DNA of 64,000 bases from Dictyoglomus sp. Its GTDB lineage: Bacteria > Dictyoglomota > Dictyoglomia > Dictyoglomales > Dictyoglomaceae. A model generated the notes under the pieces. The model did not search any database. It was not told the DNA's origin and was given only the letters and a program-made list of their open reading frames with translations. Shown piece by piece: positions 16,994-27,208 of this stretch; position 1 is the first letter of the stretch, and every line of letters starts with the position of its first letter. The position numbers and the translations under genes were made by a program. The stretch lies in contig JANXBZ010000009.1 in NCBI GenBank assembly GCA_025060475.1, positions 31,406-95,405 of the forward strand, read 5' to 3'.

Positions 16994-19900
16994 ATGAATC
17001 GCCAAGTAGATTACAGATTTGATCCCGAAAAAGATTTAACTTTTATTATTTACAATTACAACTATGCCTTTCCTTTTTCAAGTTTTCTCCCAGGAATTGC
17101 TGGCATTTTAGGGATACCAATGTGGTGCTTTTACGTGAATAGGGGACAATGTATTGCAAGTTTTGGATTTGAAACTAAAGATGGAGCAATTTTAGAATTT
17201 CATCCTGCTAATAAAGCCTATAGACTTACACCCATATATGGTTTTCGAACCTTTATAAAAATAGAAGATATTTTATATGAGCCCTTTTCGGAAAGATTTA
17301 AAAACTTTGAAATTGAAAATAAGATGAGTATTACCCCATATGATCTAACTATATATGAAATAAATAAAAATTTAAATCTATCTTGCGAAGTAAACTATTT
17401 CACTTTACCCTCTGAACCTGTAGGAGCTTTAATACGTATTTTTAATATCAGAAATCTTAGTAAAGAAAAAATAAAGCTTAAGATCATAGATGGACTTCCT
17501 CAGTTTCTACCCTATGGTTTAACCAATGAAGTTATGAAAAATATGTCTCGAACAATAGAAGCCTGGTATCGAATAGATAATTTAGAAGAAAACCTTCCTT
17601 ATTATAGACTTTCTACATCCTTTCAAGATGTAGCAGAAGTAAAACCTATAGAAGAGGGACATTTTTACTTTGCTTTTTCTGAAGAAAAAAATCTTCTTCC
17701 CGTAGTTATTGATCCTGATATAATATTTTTCCCTTCGAGCGATTTTAGCTATCCTTGGAATTTTTCAAAAAAGGATTTTGAGTTGCCTAAGCCAGTATAT
17801 TATGGAAACCGAACTCCCTCTGCTTTTTCTTATATATCCTTCGACTTAGATCCTTTTGAGGAAAGAGCAATAATTTCCTTTTTTGGAAGGGCCAATTCCC
17901 TTTCTCAATTAAAGGAGCTTGTTAAAAAATATACTAATATCGATTTTGTTAAGGCTAAAGCAGAAGAGAATAAATTAATTATTAGAGAAATTACAGATAA
18001 GGCTTTTGTTTATACTTCTGTGAAAGAATTTAATTCATATGTGAGACAAAGTTTTTTAGATAATGTATTAAGAGGAGGACTCCCCGTTTCCATTGAATAT
18101 GAAAATAAAAAGGATGTTATTTATCTCTTTTCAAGAAAACATGGCGATTTAGAGCGAGATTATAACTTCTTTAGACTTGAAGCAAATTATTTTTCTCAAG
18201 GAAATGCTAATTTTAGAGATATAAATCAAAACAGAAGAAATGATATATACTTTAATCCTAATGTAGGACATTTTAACATTTTATACTTTATGAATTTAAT
18301 TCAGCTTGATGGATATAATCCTCTCCTAATTAAAGGGGTAAAGTATATTTTTGAGAAAGAGAAAGAAAAGCTATCCCAATGGGTGGATGAAGATGTAAAA
18401 AGAGAACTAGAAAAAGTAATATATAAACCTTATATTCCTTATGATGTAATAAAAATCTTAGAAAAAAATAACTTTAAACTCAAAAAAGGAGATATAATTG
18501 AGTTTATATCCTTTCTACTTGTAAACAGTAAGAAAACCGAAGATGCAGAATTTGGAGAAGGATATTGGATAGATCACTGGTTTTACAATCTAGATCTTAT
18601 AGAAAGCTTTGAATCTATATTTCCTGATAAAATGGAGGATTTATTACTAAACATAAAAGAATTTACATACTATGACAACTATGAAAGGGTACTTCCCAGA
18701 GAGGAGAGATATATATTAACGGAAAAAGGAGTAAGACAGTATAGAGCTTTATTTAAAGATGAAGAGAAGTTAAGACTTATAAATTCAAGAAATGTAGAAC
18801 CTTATAAAGTAAGAAAAGATAATGGACGAGGAGAAATATACTATACTAATTTGTTTTCAAAACTTATAACCCTTGTTGCAATAAAATACTCAACTTTAGA
18901 TCCAGATAATATTGGCATTGAAATGGAAGCAGGAAGACCAGGCTGGAATGATGCTCTAAATGGGCTTCCAGGGATATTTGGATCATCAGTAAATGAAACC
19001 TTTGAATTAAAAAGATTAATTCTTATGATTAAAAAATGGGTTGAGAAATATAATTTAGAAGAAAAGGAAATAAACTTGCCTATTGAGGTATATTCTTTAC
19101 TAAATTCTCTTATGGAGCTTACAATTAAAAATCTTGATGAAAAGATTTCTAATTTTGAATTTTGGGACAAAATCTCAAAGGAAAGGGAGATTTATAGGGA
19201 AAAAATAAGATTTGGAATAGAAGGAAAAGAAATTTCAATAAAAATATCAGATCTTCTAAAGTACCTAAATCTATTCTTAGAAAAAATTGAAAGGGGACTA
19301 AAACAAGCATTCAATCCACAAAAGGGAATTTACTATTCTTATTTTTATTATGAACTTATTGATTATGAAATAATAGAAAAAGATGGAAAACTTGTTATAA
19401 AACCTAAGAAATTTGAAAGAAAAAATCTACCTTCTTTTCTTGAGTCCCAAGTACATTTCCTAAAATCAGAAGAAGATATACAAAAGAAGATTGAGATTAT
19501 AGAAAATGTGAAAAAAAGTGACATATACGATAAAAAATTAAAAATGTATAAGCTGAACGAACCCCTTGAGAATACCTCTTTTGAGATTGGAAGAGTGAGA
19601 GCTTTTCTTCCAGGATGGCTTGAAAACGAAAGCATATTTCTTCATATGGAATATAAATATCTTCTTGAAATGTTAAAAACAGATCCAGGATATTTCTTTT
19701 ATGATATGATGACCTGTCTTGTTCCCTTTATGGATCCTAAAATATATAAAAGAAGCATCTTTGAAAATGTATCCTTTATAGTAAGTAGTGCAAATCCTGA
19801 TCCTAGCATTCATGGGGCTGGATTTTCTGCAAGACTTTCAGGAAGCACAGCAGAACTCTATAATATTCTTCTTCTAATTTCCCTTGGGAAAAATCCCTTT

Positions 19901-20257
19901 TATTTAGATGAAAATAAAAAATTAATCTTTAAACTTGAACCTAGTTTGCCTTCATTCTTATTTACTGAGAAAGATGAAGAAGTTGAGTACTATTCCAATG
20001 GAAAAGTATTAAAGATATTTATTCCCCAAAATTCTTATGTGATAAGGTTTTTAGACGATATTCTTATTTATTACATAAATCCAATAAGATCTTTTACCTT
20101 TGGCGATATTGCAAGAGGAAAAATTAAAGAATATATTTTATATCCAGATTTAGATAAAGATGAGAAAATAATAATTAAAGGAGATAAAGTTCCAGAACCT
20201 TATTCAAAGGAGATAAGAGAAGGAAAGTATAAAAAGATCGAAGTGATTTTAGAATAA
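16994..20257 (+). CDS. Large (1087 aa) GH94-clan-like (alpha/alpha)6 glycoside phosphorylase/hydrolase, GH149/GH161-like, uncharacterised
   Basis: EAGRPGWNDALNGLPG parallels the catalytic GDGDWNDGMNAVG of the GH94 enzyme at 44347-46704. PGWLENESIFLHMEY parallels PGVRENGGLYTHAG, and ARLSGSTAELY parallels WYTGSAAWYF. GGAGG RBS upstream of the ATG. Confidence 0.55.
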   Translation: MNRQVDYRFDPEKDLTFIIYNYNYAFPFSSFLPGIAGILGIPMWCFYVNRGQCIASFGFETKDGAILEFHPANKAYRLTPIYGFRTFIKIEDILYEPFSERFKNFEIENKMSITPYDLTIYEINKNLNLSCEVNYFTLPSEPVGALIRIFNIRNLSKEKIKLKIIDGLPQFLPYGLTNEVMKNMSRTIEAWYRIDNLEENLPYYRLSTSFQDVAEVKPIEEGHFYFAFSEEKNLLPVVIDPDIIFFPSSDFSYPWNFSKKDFELPKPVYYGNRTPSAFSYISFDLDPFEERAIISFFGRANSLSQLKELVKKYTNIDFVKAKAEENKLIIREITDKAFVYTSVKEFNSYVRQSFLDNVLRGGLPVSIEYENKKDVIYLFSRKHGDLERDYNFFRLEANYFSQGNANFRDINQNRRNDIYFNPNVGHFNILYFMNLIQLDGYNPLLIKGVKYIFEKEKEKLSQWVDEDVKRELEKVIYKPYIPYDVIKILEKNNFKLKKGDIIEFISFLLVNSKKTEDAEFGEGYWIDHWFYNLDLIESFESIFPDKMEDLLLNIKEFTYYDNYERVLPREERYILTEKGVRQYRALFKDEEKLRLINSRNVEPYKVRKDNGRGEIYYTNLFSKLITLVAIKYSTLDPDNIGIEMEAGRPGWNDALNGLPGIFGSSVNETFELKRLILMIKKWVEKYNLEEKEINLPIEVYSLLNSLMELTIKNLDEKISNFEFWDKISKEREIYREKIRFGIEGKEISIKISDLLKYLNLFLEKIERGLKQAFNPQKGIYYSYFYYELIDYEIIEKDGKLVIKPKKFERKNLPSFLESQVHFLKSEEDIQKKIEIIENVKKSDIYDKKLKMYKLNEPLENTSFEIGRVRAFLPGWLENESIFLHMEYKYLLEMLKTDPGYFFYDMMTCLVPFMDPKIYKRSIFENVSFIVSSANPDPSIHGAGFSARLSGSTAELYNILLLISLGKNPFYLDENKKLIFKLEPSLPSFLFTEKDEEVEYYSNGKVLKIFIPQNSYVIRFLDDILIYYINPIRSFTFGDIARGKIKEYILYPDLDKDEKIIIKGDKVPEPYSKEIREGKYKKIEVILE

Positions 20258-20281
20258 AGAATATTATAAACAAAAAAGGAA

Positions 20282-23200
20282 CTATTCGCCTTTTTCAATT
20301 ATGCTTATTTCTTCCTCTGTTAGATCGTAAAGCTTGTAAACTAGGTGATCAATTTGTTGCTCAAAATAGGAGGTATCTGCTTGACAGCCTTCCTCTTTCT
20401 TAATTTTTATAATCTTGTCCACTAAAGATTCAATTTGGTTAATGATATTGAGATTTTGAGGAGTAATTGGAGGAATAGGAAGTTGCTCTAAGAAAGCTTT
20501 CTTATAACGATAGCCTTCTTCTCCTAATCCTCCTCCTGAATAAAACTTTTTGAAAATATAGGCTACGGGATTTGAATTTAAAATACCACAGAGATATTTA
20601 AGGTTGTTACCTGTCATAATGAAACCAGTAGCCTCAATATAAAATTTTTCTTTATCATAATAAAACTGAGGTTCTCTAACAATCTCTTGCCACACTATTT
20701 TTTCTTTTTCAAATTCTGGATAATAAGCTATATTATCTTGCGTCTCAAACCATTTATTGTTAGTTTTCTTTCTATGGCCTGGCCTTCCATCTTGTAAAAG
20801 TCTATCTCCAAAACCTTGTAGATAATCTTTTAGGGAAGGATAATTATTAATATTTAAGCTTAAAGCAGGAAATGTACTAATTATCCAAAGTCCCTTCCAT
20901 TCATAGCAATATCTTCCAATATCTCTTCCTCTTAAAACAGGCTTTATAATATCTTCAGTCCTTTTTCTTTCCTCAATAGTTTTACAATTTTTCAATATCT
21001 TGTCTCTTGTTTGAGTATCTATTATAAAAGCTTCATTAAAGCCAGTCTTAATTCCAAAGTATATTTTTACATCCCATTCTTTTAATGGTTTTCCTAATTT
21101 TTCAATTTTCTCTTTTAATCTTAATATGCTGTAATCTGCAAGAATAAAGTTCTTTTCAGAAAATGAATTTTGTTCTATTTTATTCCAGTTTGATTTTATG
21201 TAGTCTATTACTTGAGTATGATTTGGTATAATGGATGGAACATTTACAAAGTTAACTTGATTATTACAAGGATGTTCTTTTTTAAATATTACTATGCAGG
21301 TATCTACTGTTTGTTCAAAAACAGAAAATCCACCAAAATCTACTATTTTTAATATTTGAGTATTATCTTTCAAGAATTTTCTTAAGCCTTCTCCATATTT
21401 AGCTCTCATCCATTTATTACTTGAGATAAAACTAAGGATACCTGATTTTCTGAGTAGATCAAATCCTTTCTCATAAAAATAAACATAAAGATCCGCTGTA
21501 GAAGAGTAAACCTTATATCCTTCTTTCTGCAAAAAAGGCTTTATATCTCTTATCTTTTCTTGTCTTACGTATGGCGGATTTCCTATTACAATATCAAAAC
21601 CATCGGTTACTCCTAACATCCATTCTGGATCAAACCAATCTCCTTGAGCTGTTTGATCAAAAATATCAAAATTTGCTATTTTCTCTACATTTTCAGCGTT
21701 CCAACCTTCTTTTAGCAAGATCTCTTTTATTTTATATCTAATTTCCTGAGCTTCCTTTTGAAGTCTTTTTTTCTCATCTCTTGTCTTTATATTAAAATGC
21801 TTCTTATACAAATCTTTTAACTGTTCTTTTAAATCCTTTAGTATATGGTCTCCCATATTTACTTGATTGGTTTTTTCCAATCCTATGAGGGTATTTGCAC
21901 ATACAAATCTAGTTTCAAGATGAGGGAGAGGTTTTATTCCATAATTTTCTTTTTTTTCATCGATCTTTTGATCAATAAGTAGGGAGAGGAAAAATCTCAA
22001 TTTACAAATCTGGACAGCAATAGGTTGTATATCTACACCATATATTGAGTTTTCTATCAAGTACAATTTTCTTGCGTAATCTGGATAATTTATACTCTCA
22101 TCAAAGTTATCATTTACTTCTTTTAGGTATTTTTCCCTTTCTTCTTTATCTTTTATCTTAAGTATTTTTTCTATCTCATTAAGAGCTTTATTATACTGGA
22201 GTTCATACCAAAGTTTATTATCAGAGTCTATTCTATTGAGTATATATACAAGTTTGTGTACAACTCCCATTGGAAAAGCACCAGAGCCCACTGCAGGATC
22301 TATAACTTTTATTGAGTCTATAGCTTTTAAAAGAGCAAATTTTTCCTCCTCTTTTAAATCTATATCTTCTTTATAGGATAAGATTTCTCTTAGTCTTTCC
22401 TCTTTTATTTCTGTTTTTGTCTTAAAGTATTCTATTAAGGCTTCTTCTACCATAAAGTCTACAATCTCTTTTGGAGTATAGTAGGAGCCTGTAGCTTTTC
22501 TTGCTGTAGTTTGTGTTTCTGGATTGTAAGAGGCAAGAAGATTTTCAAAAATGTGTCCTAATAGCTCCGGATCAAGGGATACTTCTACATCTATAGGCGT
22601 ATTTTCATCGGCAGTAAAATTATAATCATTAAGTATATTTATCAAGCCCCTTACTTTTACTATTCTTTTTTCTCCGTAAAAGTCTGATAAATCTTCAGTT
22701 CTTTCAGGAGAAAAGAATAGAAAATCTGGGACTTTTGCTCTTTTATCTTCTCTCCTTGAGAATCCATCTATATAATTTGAATCGTCATCAAGACACTCAA
22801 AAAGTCCTCCGTTTATAAAGGGTATCTTCTCAAAGATTTTTATAAACTCCCTTTCAGATATATTTAAATATTTTTCATACCTAAAAAGATTTTTTACTCC
22901 AAAATTTTTTCTATTTTCAGGAAAGCCTAAATCTTTAGCAAAATCCCTAAATTTTCTATCTTGATTTAGAGTTGCAAAAAAAAGATTTTGAAGAATTACA
23001 TTATAATAATAATCTTTAATTCCAAAATCTTTTACTATATTTTTAAGCTCATTAGGTTCAAAGATTACTTCTGGAATAAGCTCCTTTTCTTTAAGAAACC
23101 ATACGAATATTATCCTAGTAAGGAGTCTTATAAGATTCTCCTCAATTTTACCTCCTGGGAAATAAGCATGTTTTAAAGACCATGCGTACCAATTTTGAAT

Positions 23201-23728
23201 TTCCGTATAGAATTCTTTTGTAATAGGTTGAGTGCTAAAAGCGTTTATTACGTTATCCAGGGTATCGAAGGTCACATCATAGAGAGCTTTTTTAAAGGTA
23301 CGGTAAGGTTTGTTTTTTGTTACAAAATATGTATGCCTTTTGTAATAACTGAAGTCTCTTTTTACCCCAGAAAAGATCGAGTAAATTAAAGAAAAACGAA
23401 AATTTTGCTTTTCATCAAAAAATACAAATATACCAGCTTGAATAGCATCAAGTTTTAATAATTTTTTAGCAAATTCATATTGTTTCTTCTTACTACTTCT
23501 TTCACTAAGCTCTCCTGTTGTTTTTATGGCATAAACCTTTATTATATTTTTATCACTAAGGCTTTTTTCTCCTATTTCGTATACTTCCTCAAAAATTTCT
23601 TCTGTATAGGGAATATTTCTATCATAAACATTGAAGTTTGGGTCTTTTCCGACAAGATATGATTTTAAATTCTCTTTTGAAAAATTTTTTATTAGGTTAT
23701 CTATTAAACACTCAAGCTTGCTAGACAT
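20282..23728 (-). CDS. Eco57I/TaqI-family gamma-class N6-adenine DNA methyltransferase with a C-terminal target-recognition region (1148 aa)
   Basis: Motif I VIDPAVGSGAFPMG precedes motif IV VIGNPPYVRQ. Long N-terminal (~400 aa) and C-terminal (~400 aa) extensions. 4 nt downstream of the helicase gene. Confidence 0.85.
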   Translation of the reverse strand: MSSKLECLIDNLIKNFSKENLKSYLVGKDPNFNVYDRNIPYTEEIFEEVYEIGEKSLSDKNIIKVYAIKTTGELSERSSKKKQYEFAKKLLKLDAIQAGIFVFFDEKQNFRFSLIYSIFSGVKRDFSYYKRHTYFVTKNKPYRTFKKALYDVTFDTLDNVINAFSTQPITKEFYTEIQNWYAWSLKHAYFPGGKIEENLIRLLTRIIFVWFLKEKELIPEVIFEPNELKNIVKDFGIKDYYYNVILQNLFFATLNQDRKFRDFAKDLGFPENRKNFGVKNLFRYEKYLNISEREFIKIFEKIPFINGGLFECLDDDSNYIDGFSRREDKRAKVPDFLFFSPERTEDLSDFYGEKRIVKVRGLINILNDYNFTADENTPIDVEVSLDPELLGHIFENLLASYNPETQTTARKATGSYYTPKEIVDFMVEEALIEYFKTKTEIKEERLREILSYKEDIDLKEEEKFALLKAIDSIKVIDPAVGSGAFPMGVVHKLVYILNRIDSDNKLWYELQYNKALNEIEKILKIKDKEEREKYLKEVNDNFDESINYPDYARKLYLIENSIYGVDIQPIAVQICKLRFFLSLLIDQKIDEKKENYGIKPLPHLETRFVCANTLIGLEKTNQVNMGDHILKDLKEQLKDLYKKHFNIKTRDEKKRLQKEAQEIRYKIKEILLKEGWNAENVEKIANFDIFDQTAQGDWFDPEWMLGVTDGFDIVIGNPPYVRQEKIRDIKPFLQKEGYKVYSSTADLYVYFYEKGFDLLRKSGILSFISSNKWMRAKYGEGLRKFLKDNTQILKIVDFGGFSVFEQTVDTCIVIFKKEHPCNNQVNFVNVPSIIPNHTQVIDYIKSNWNKIEQNSFSEKNFILADYSILRLKEKIEKLGKPLKEWDVKIYFGIKTGFNEAFIIDTQTRDKILKNCKTIEERKRTEDIIKPVLRGRDIGRYCYEWKGLWIISTFPALSLNINNYPSLKDYLQGFGDRLLQDGRPGHRKKTNNKWFETQDNIAYYPEFEKEKIVWQEIVREPQFYYDKEKFYIEATGFIMTGNNLKYLCGILNSNPVAYIFKKFYSGGGLGEEGYRYKKAFLEQLPIPPITPQNLNIINQIESLVDKIIKIKKEEGCQADTSYFEQQIDHLVYKLYDLTEEEISIIEKGE

Positions 23729-23732
23729 TTTC

Positions 23733-26700
23733 TTAAGAATTTTGTATTTTTCTATTTTCTATAGCTATTATAACTTCCTCTGCATGATTCTTCAAATCTA
23801 TCTTCTCCAAAAAGTCCTCTCCTATAATATCTTTTAATTCTTCTAATCTTTTTATTTTTTCTTCAATGCTCATTTTTTCCATTTCTACAATCTGAGATAA
23901 AGTAAAGTCTGACAAAGTACCGAAACTCCTAATATCCTCAAGTAAATTTGAGATAAACTTTTCATAAGGCCTTATGAGATTATTTTCTTTTCCTCCCCAT
24001 TCCTGTAAAAGGAAATTAAGTAGGTTAAAGGCTTTATCTCTTAAGCTTTTCCCTTTAGGGATGTAAAGCCTCTTGTAAGCTGTTTTATCTAAAGTTAATT
24101 GGTAATTTCTCCAGAAATTTTCACTCAATGGTAAACTTTTTTCATCTTTATCTGCTATGATTTTTTCGTATACTTCTTCGAAAGTAGAGGAGATTGGTTG
24201 CTTCTCAAGATAATCCTTATAACCTACAAATAGGTCTTTGTTTTTCTTTATAAATACCAATAACTCGTCCTTATCTCCCTTTTTAGCTACTTTAACCCTT
24301 ACTGGCATATTTTTTATCTCTTCTATAATATCAGGATAAGCTTTTTCTATATTTTCATATTGTTTCCTGATTGTGGTAAAGAAACTCTCCTCTTCATCGT
24401 CCATATAAGTATTTAGCCTTCTATAAAGTTCCGCAGGCTGTGGTTCTTCGTCAGGATCAAAGATTTTTGCATCTTCTCCCAGTACATGGTGAATCATAAA
24501 CATCTTTGTCTGAGCAATTTCTTTTGATTTTACTATATCTGCCCCTTTTTCTGTGGGGAAAAAGTTTAGTATATATATCTCATCATATACTTTTTTTCCG
24601 ATCCTATTTATCCTTCCCACTCTTTGGATTACCCTTACAGGATTCCAGGGTATGTCATAGTTTATTACAACTCCAGCTCTGTTTAAATTAAATCCTTCAG
24701 AAAGTTTATCAGTAGTTAACAATATGTAATACCTATCTTCTTGATTTTTGTACTGGGCATCAAAATTCTTGTATATATCCTCGATTGTTCTTCTGCTCAG
24801 ATCACCATAAGCAGTAAGAAGAATGTCTTGAAAATGCTTTTCTAGAATATTTTTTATATATATGGCAGTATCTAGATATTCCGTAAATATAACCACCTTT
24901 CTGTTTTTAAGAAGGTAAAATCTTATTTCTTCTATAAGTTTTTCTGACTTTGGATCTTTTTCTAACAATTTAAGATTTTTAATCTTTTCAATTAATCCAT
25001 TGAATAAACTAAGATCGTTTTCTATATCAGCTATAAATTTAGTTTTTTCTTTAAATTTATCTAAATCATATACTTTATAATATTTACTGTTTATATTTTT
25101 ATTTTTTAAATCTTCCTCATATTTTCTTAATTCTTCGAGAATAGCATCTGGATCTGCAGTTATAAGATCATCCATTAGTTTTCTATCTAAAATGAATTTA
25201 TTTGTCTTTCTTACAAAATCAAGAGCAGTTTCATGCACATCTCTAAATCTTTCAATACTTTCTTTAAATGCTCCAAAACTACTTTCAAATCTTTTCACAA
25301 GTAGCCTTCTCATGAAATCATATAAATTTCTTTGATAAGTGTATAAAAATTGTTCCTCGCGGGAAATTTTACCTTCATATATTTCCTCTAATAAAGATTC
25401 TTGTTCAGTTTCCTCATAGCGAGCAGGAAAATAAATTGCACCTTTAAATATTCCTCCTTCTTCCAAAGGAGCAAAGGTTTTTATTACCTCATCGTAAAAT
25501 TCTGACTCTTCTTTTGTGAGTTCAAAAAAACATTCTATGGGATCTTTTACCTCAGGAAGATCTATTTTTTCCCCATAGTATTTTAAATCAAGCCTATTTC
25601 TTCTTATAACTACAGGTTCTAGAGTGGCTCTGATTTCTTCAGCAAGTTTCTTTGTAAGAAATTTTACTTTACTTATCTCTATTTTGTCTTCTCTAAAAAT
25701 TTCTTGATAATATCTTTCTGCTCTTTTTTTTCTTTTTCTATCCCTTGAATTCCAATAATTTTTTATATAAGCAAGCCTATAAAAATATATTTGATAAAAA
25801 TTAAATTTTCCTTCCAGATCTTCATCCAATACTATGGAAGATCTTCTAGGAACTGTAAAAAGTTTTAGAAGAGAAAATAGATCAGAAGGTCTATTATTAA
25901 AAGGAGTAGCAGTTAACAGTATTACTGTTTTTCCCCTACATATCTCCTTTAGGTACTGATAACTTTGAGTATCTTCATTTCTGAAACGATGAGCTTCATC
26001 TACTATTATTACCTGTATATCTTCTTTATCTTTTACAAATTCAAGAACTTCTTCTAATTTTCCTAAGGATCTTACCTCCCAGTCATATAATTTAAAATCT
26101 TCAAGATATTTTCTCCAACCTGAAGTTTTATTCTCATCTCCTACAAGATGGGGAGGACATATGACAATACCTCTTTTCCCTAAGGACTTTGCCACAAGAC
26201 AAGCGATTACAGTTTTTCCGAGCCCAACTACGTCAGCTATTATTGTTCCTCCATGAGCCTCACAATTTGCAAGAGCTTGAGCTACAGCTTCCAATTGATA
26301 GTTATAAGGTTTGTAGCCCTTTTCTATCATTAAATCTTCTAGTTCTCTCTTTATTATTTTTCCTTTATGAAGCTCAAGGTAAGTTTTTAATAAATATACA
26401 TAAGCGGCAAAGGGAGAAATTTCTCTAAGCAGTCCTTCCTTTTTTATAACATGTATTACTCTGTTTATATCTTCTTCTGTTAAATCTATAGCTTTATTCC
26501 AAAGTTCATCGAAGTATCTTTCTGCCTCCTCAAATCCATAATCCTTTACTTCTACATTAAATTCATCCTGAGATTCAATGCCTGCTTTAGTAAGATTACT
26601 ACTTCCTGTGATAAAAAGATTAGGAATTATAGTTTTTACTGAATCATCCATTTTGAAAAGGTAAAGTTTAGCATGATTAGGTTCTAAGGTTTTTTTAAGT

Positions 26701-27086
26701 ATTAGTTTCTCTTCCTTTAAGAGTTTTATATAAAAATTAGCTTGCTCGTAAACCTCAATATTATCTAAATCTTTAGAATTGAAAGCTTTTCTTAAAGATG
26801 TAAATAATTTTTCCTTAACTTTATTGATATTAAATATATATTCCTTAATAGCATTTTCATAAATTCCCCAAATTCCCTCATCTATATCTAATCCTACAAG
26901 AATCTTAATATGTCCTTTTCTCAATCTTCCTTCTTCATCTAATTTTCTTAAAGTCTCATATATTTCCTTTACCCCTGAAAAATAAAAAAAGCCAACAAGA
27001 AATTTTAATTCTTCACTCTTATATATGAGCTCTTTTAGTCTCTTCTTTAAAGATTTTTCTTCGGAATTAGTTATAAATACACTCAT
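23733..27086 (-). CDS. PLD-family nuclease domain fused to an SNF2/SF2 helicase (1117 aa)
   Basis: N-terminal HAKLYLF...ITGSSNLT (HxK...GSxN PLD/Nuc motif). Helicase motif I ADVVGLGKTVIA, motif II VIIVDEAHRFRN, motif III LLTATPFNN, motif VI VIQRVGRINRIG. Confidence 0.85.
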   Translation of the reverse strand: MSVFITNSEEKSLKKRLKELIYKSEELKFLVGFFYFSGVKEIYETLRKLDEEGRLRKGHIKILVGLDIDEGIWGIYENAIKEYIFNINKVKEKLFTSLRKAFNSKDLDNIEVYEQANFYIKLLKEEKLILKKTLEPNHAKLYLFKMDDSVKTIIPNLFITGSSNLTKAGIESQDEFNVEVKDYGFEEAERYFDELWNKAIDLTEEDINRVIHVIKKEGLLREISPFAAYVYLLKTYLELHKGKIIKRELEDLMIEKGYKPYNYQLEAVAQALANCEAHGGTIIADVVGLGKTVIACLVAKSLGKRGIVICPPHLVGDENKTSGWRKYLEDFKLYDWEVRSLGKLEEVLEFVKDKEDIQVIIVDEAHRFRNEDTQSYQYLKEICRGKTVILLTATPFNNRPSDLFSLLKLFTVPRRSSIVLDEDLEGKFNFYQIYFYRLAYIKNYWNSRDRKRKKRAERYYQEIFREDKIEISKVKFLTKKLAEEIRATLEPVVIRRNRLDLKYYGEKIDLPEVKDPIECFFELTKEESEFYDEVIKTFAPLEEGGIFKGAIYFPARYEETEQESLLEEIYEGKISREEQFLYTYQRNLYDFMRRLLVKRFESSFGAFKESIERFRDVHETALDFVRKTNKFILDRKLMDDLITADPDAILEELRKYEEDLKNKNINSKYYKVYDLDKFKEKTKFIADIENDLSLFNGLIEKIKNLKLLEKDPKSEKLIEEIRFYLLKNRKVVIFTEYLDTAIYIKNILEKHFQDILLTAYGDLSRRTIEDIYKNFDAQYKNQEDRYYILLTTDKLSEGFNLNRAGVVINYDIPWNPVRVIQRVGRINRIGKKVYDEIYILNFFPTEKGADIVKSKEIAQTKMFMIHHVLGEDAKIFDPDEEPQPAELYRRLNTYMDDEEESFFTTIRKQYENIEKAYPDIIEEIKNMPVRVKVAKKGDKDELLVFIKKNKDLFVGYKDYLEKQPISSTFEEVYEKIIADKDEKSLPLSENFWRNYQLTLDKTAYKRLYIPKGKSLRDKAFNLLNFLLQEWGGKENNLIRPYEKFISNLLEDIRSFGTLSDFTLSQIVEMEKMSIEEKIKRLEELKDIIGEDFLEKIDLKNHAEEVIIAIENRKIQNS

Positions 27087-27208
27087 AATTTTATAAAAAT
27101 TTTACAATTTCTTGGAACAATCTTCAACTATAAAGAGTAGTGTTTTAACATACATTTTTGTGTTATAATTTTTGGAAAAAGTGTTACCATGTAAAGGAGG
27201 TATTTAAA

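Noticed and set aside
16994-20257. The 1087-aa protein as a novel defence effector, by guilt of association between two R-M modules.
   Set aside because: Three short blocks line up with the catalytic blocks of the GH94 enzyme in the same window, and no NTPase or nuclease motifs were seen. A carbohydrate-active role is more parsimonious.
27087-27208. A cobalamin or NiCo riboswitch upstream of cbiM.
   Set aside because: The leader is only about 120 nt, very AT-rich, and shows no B12-box or conserved GC-rich helices. I see only promoter-like elements.
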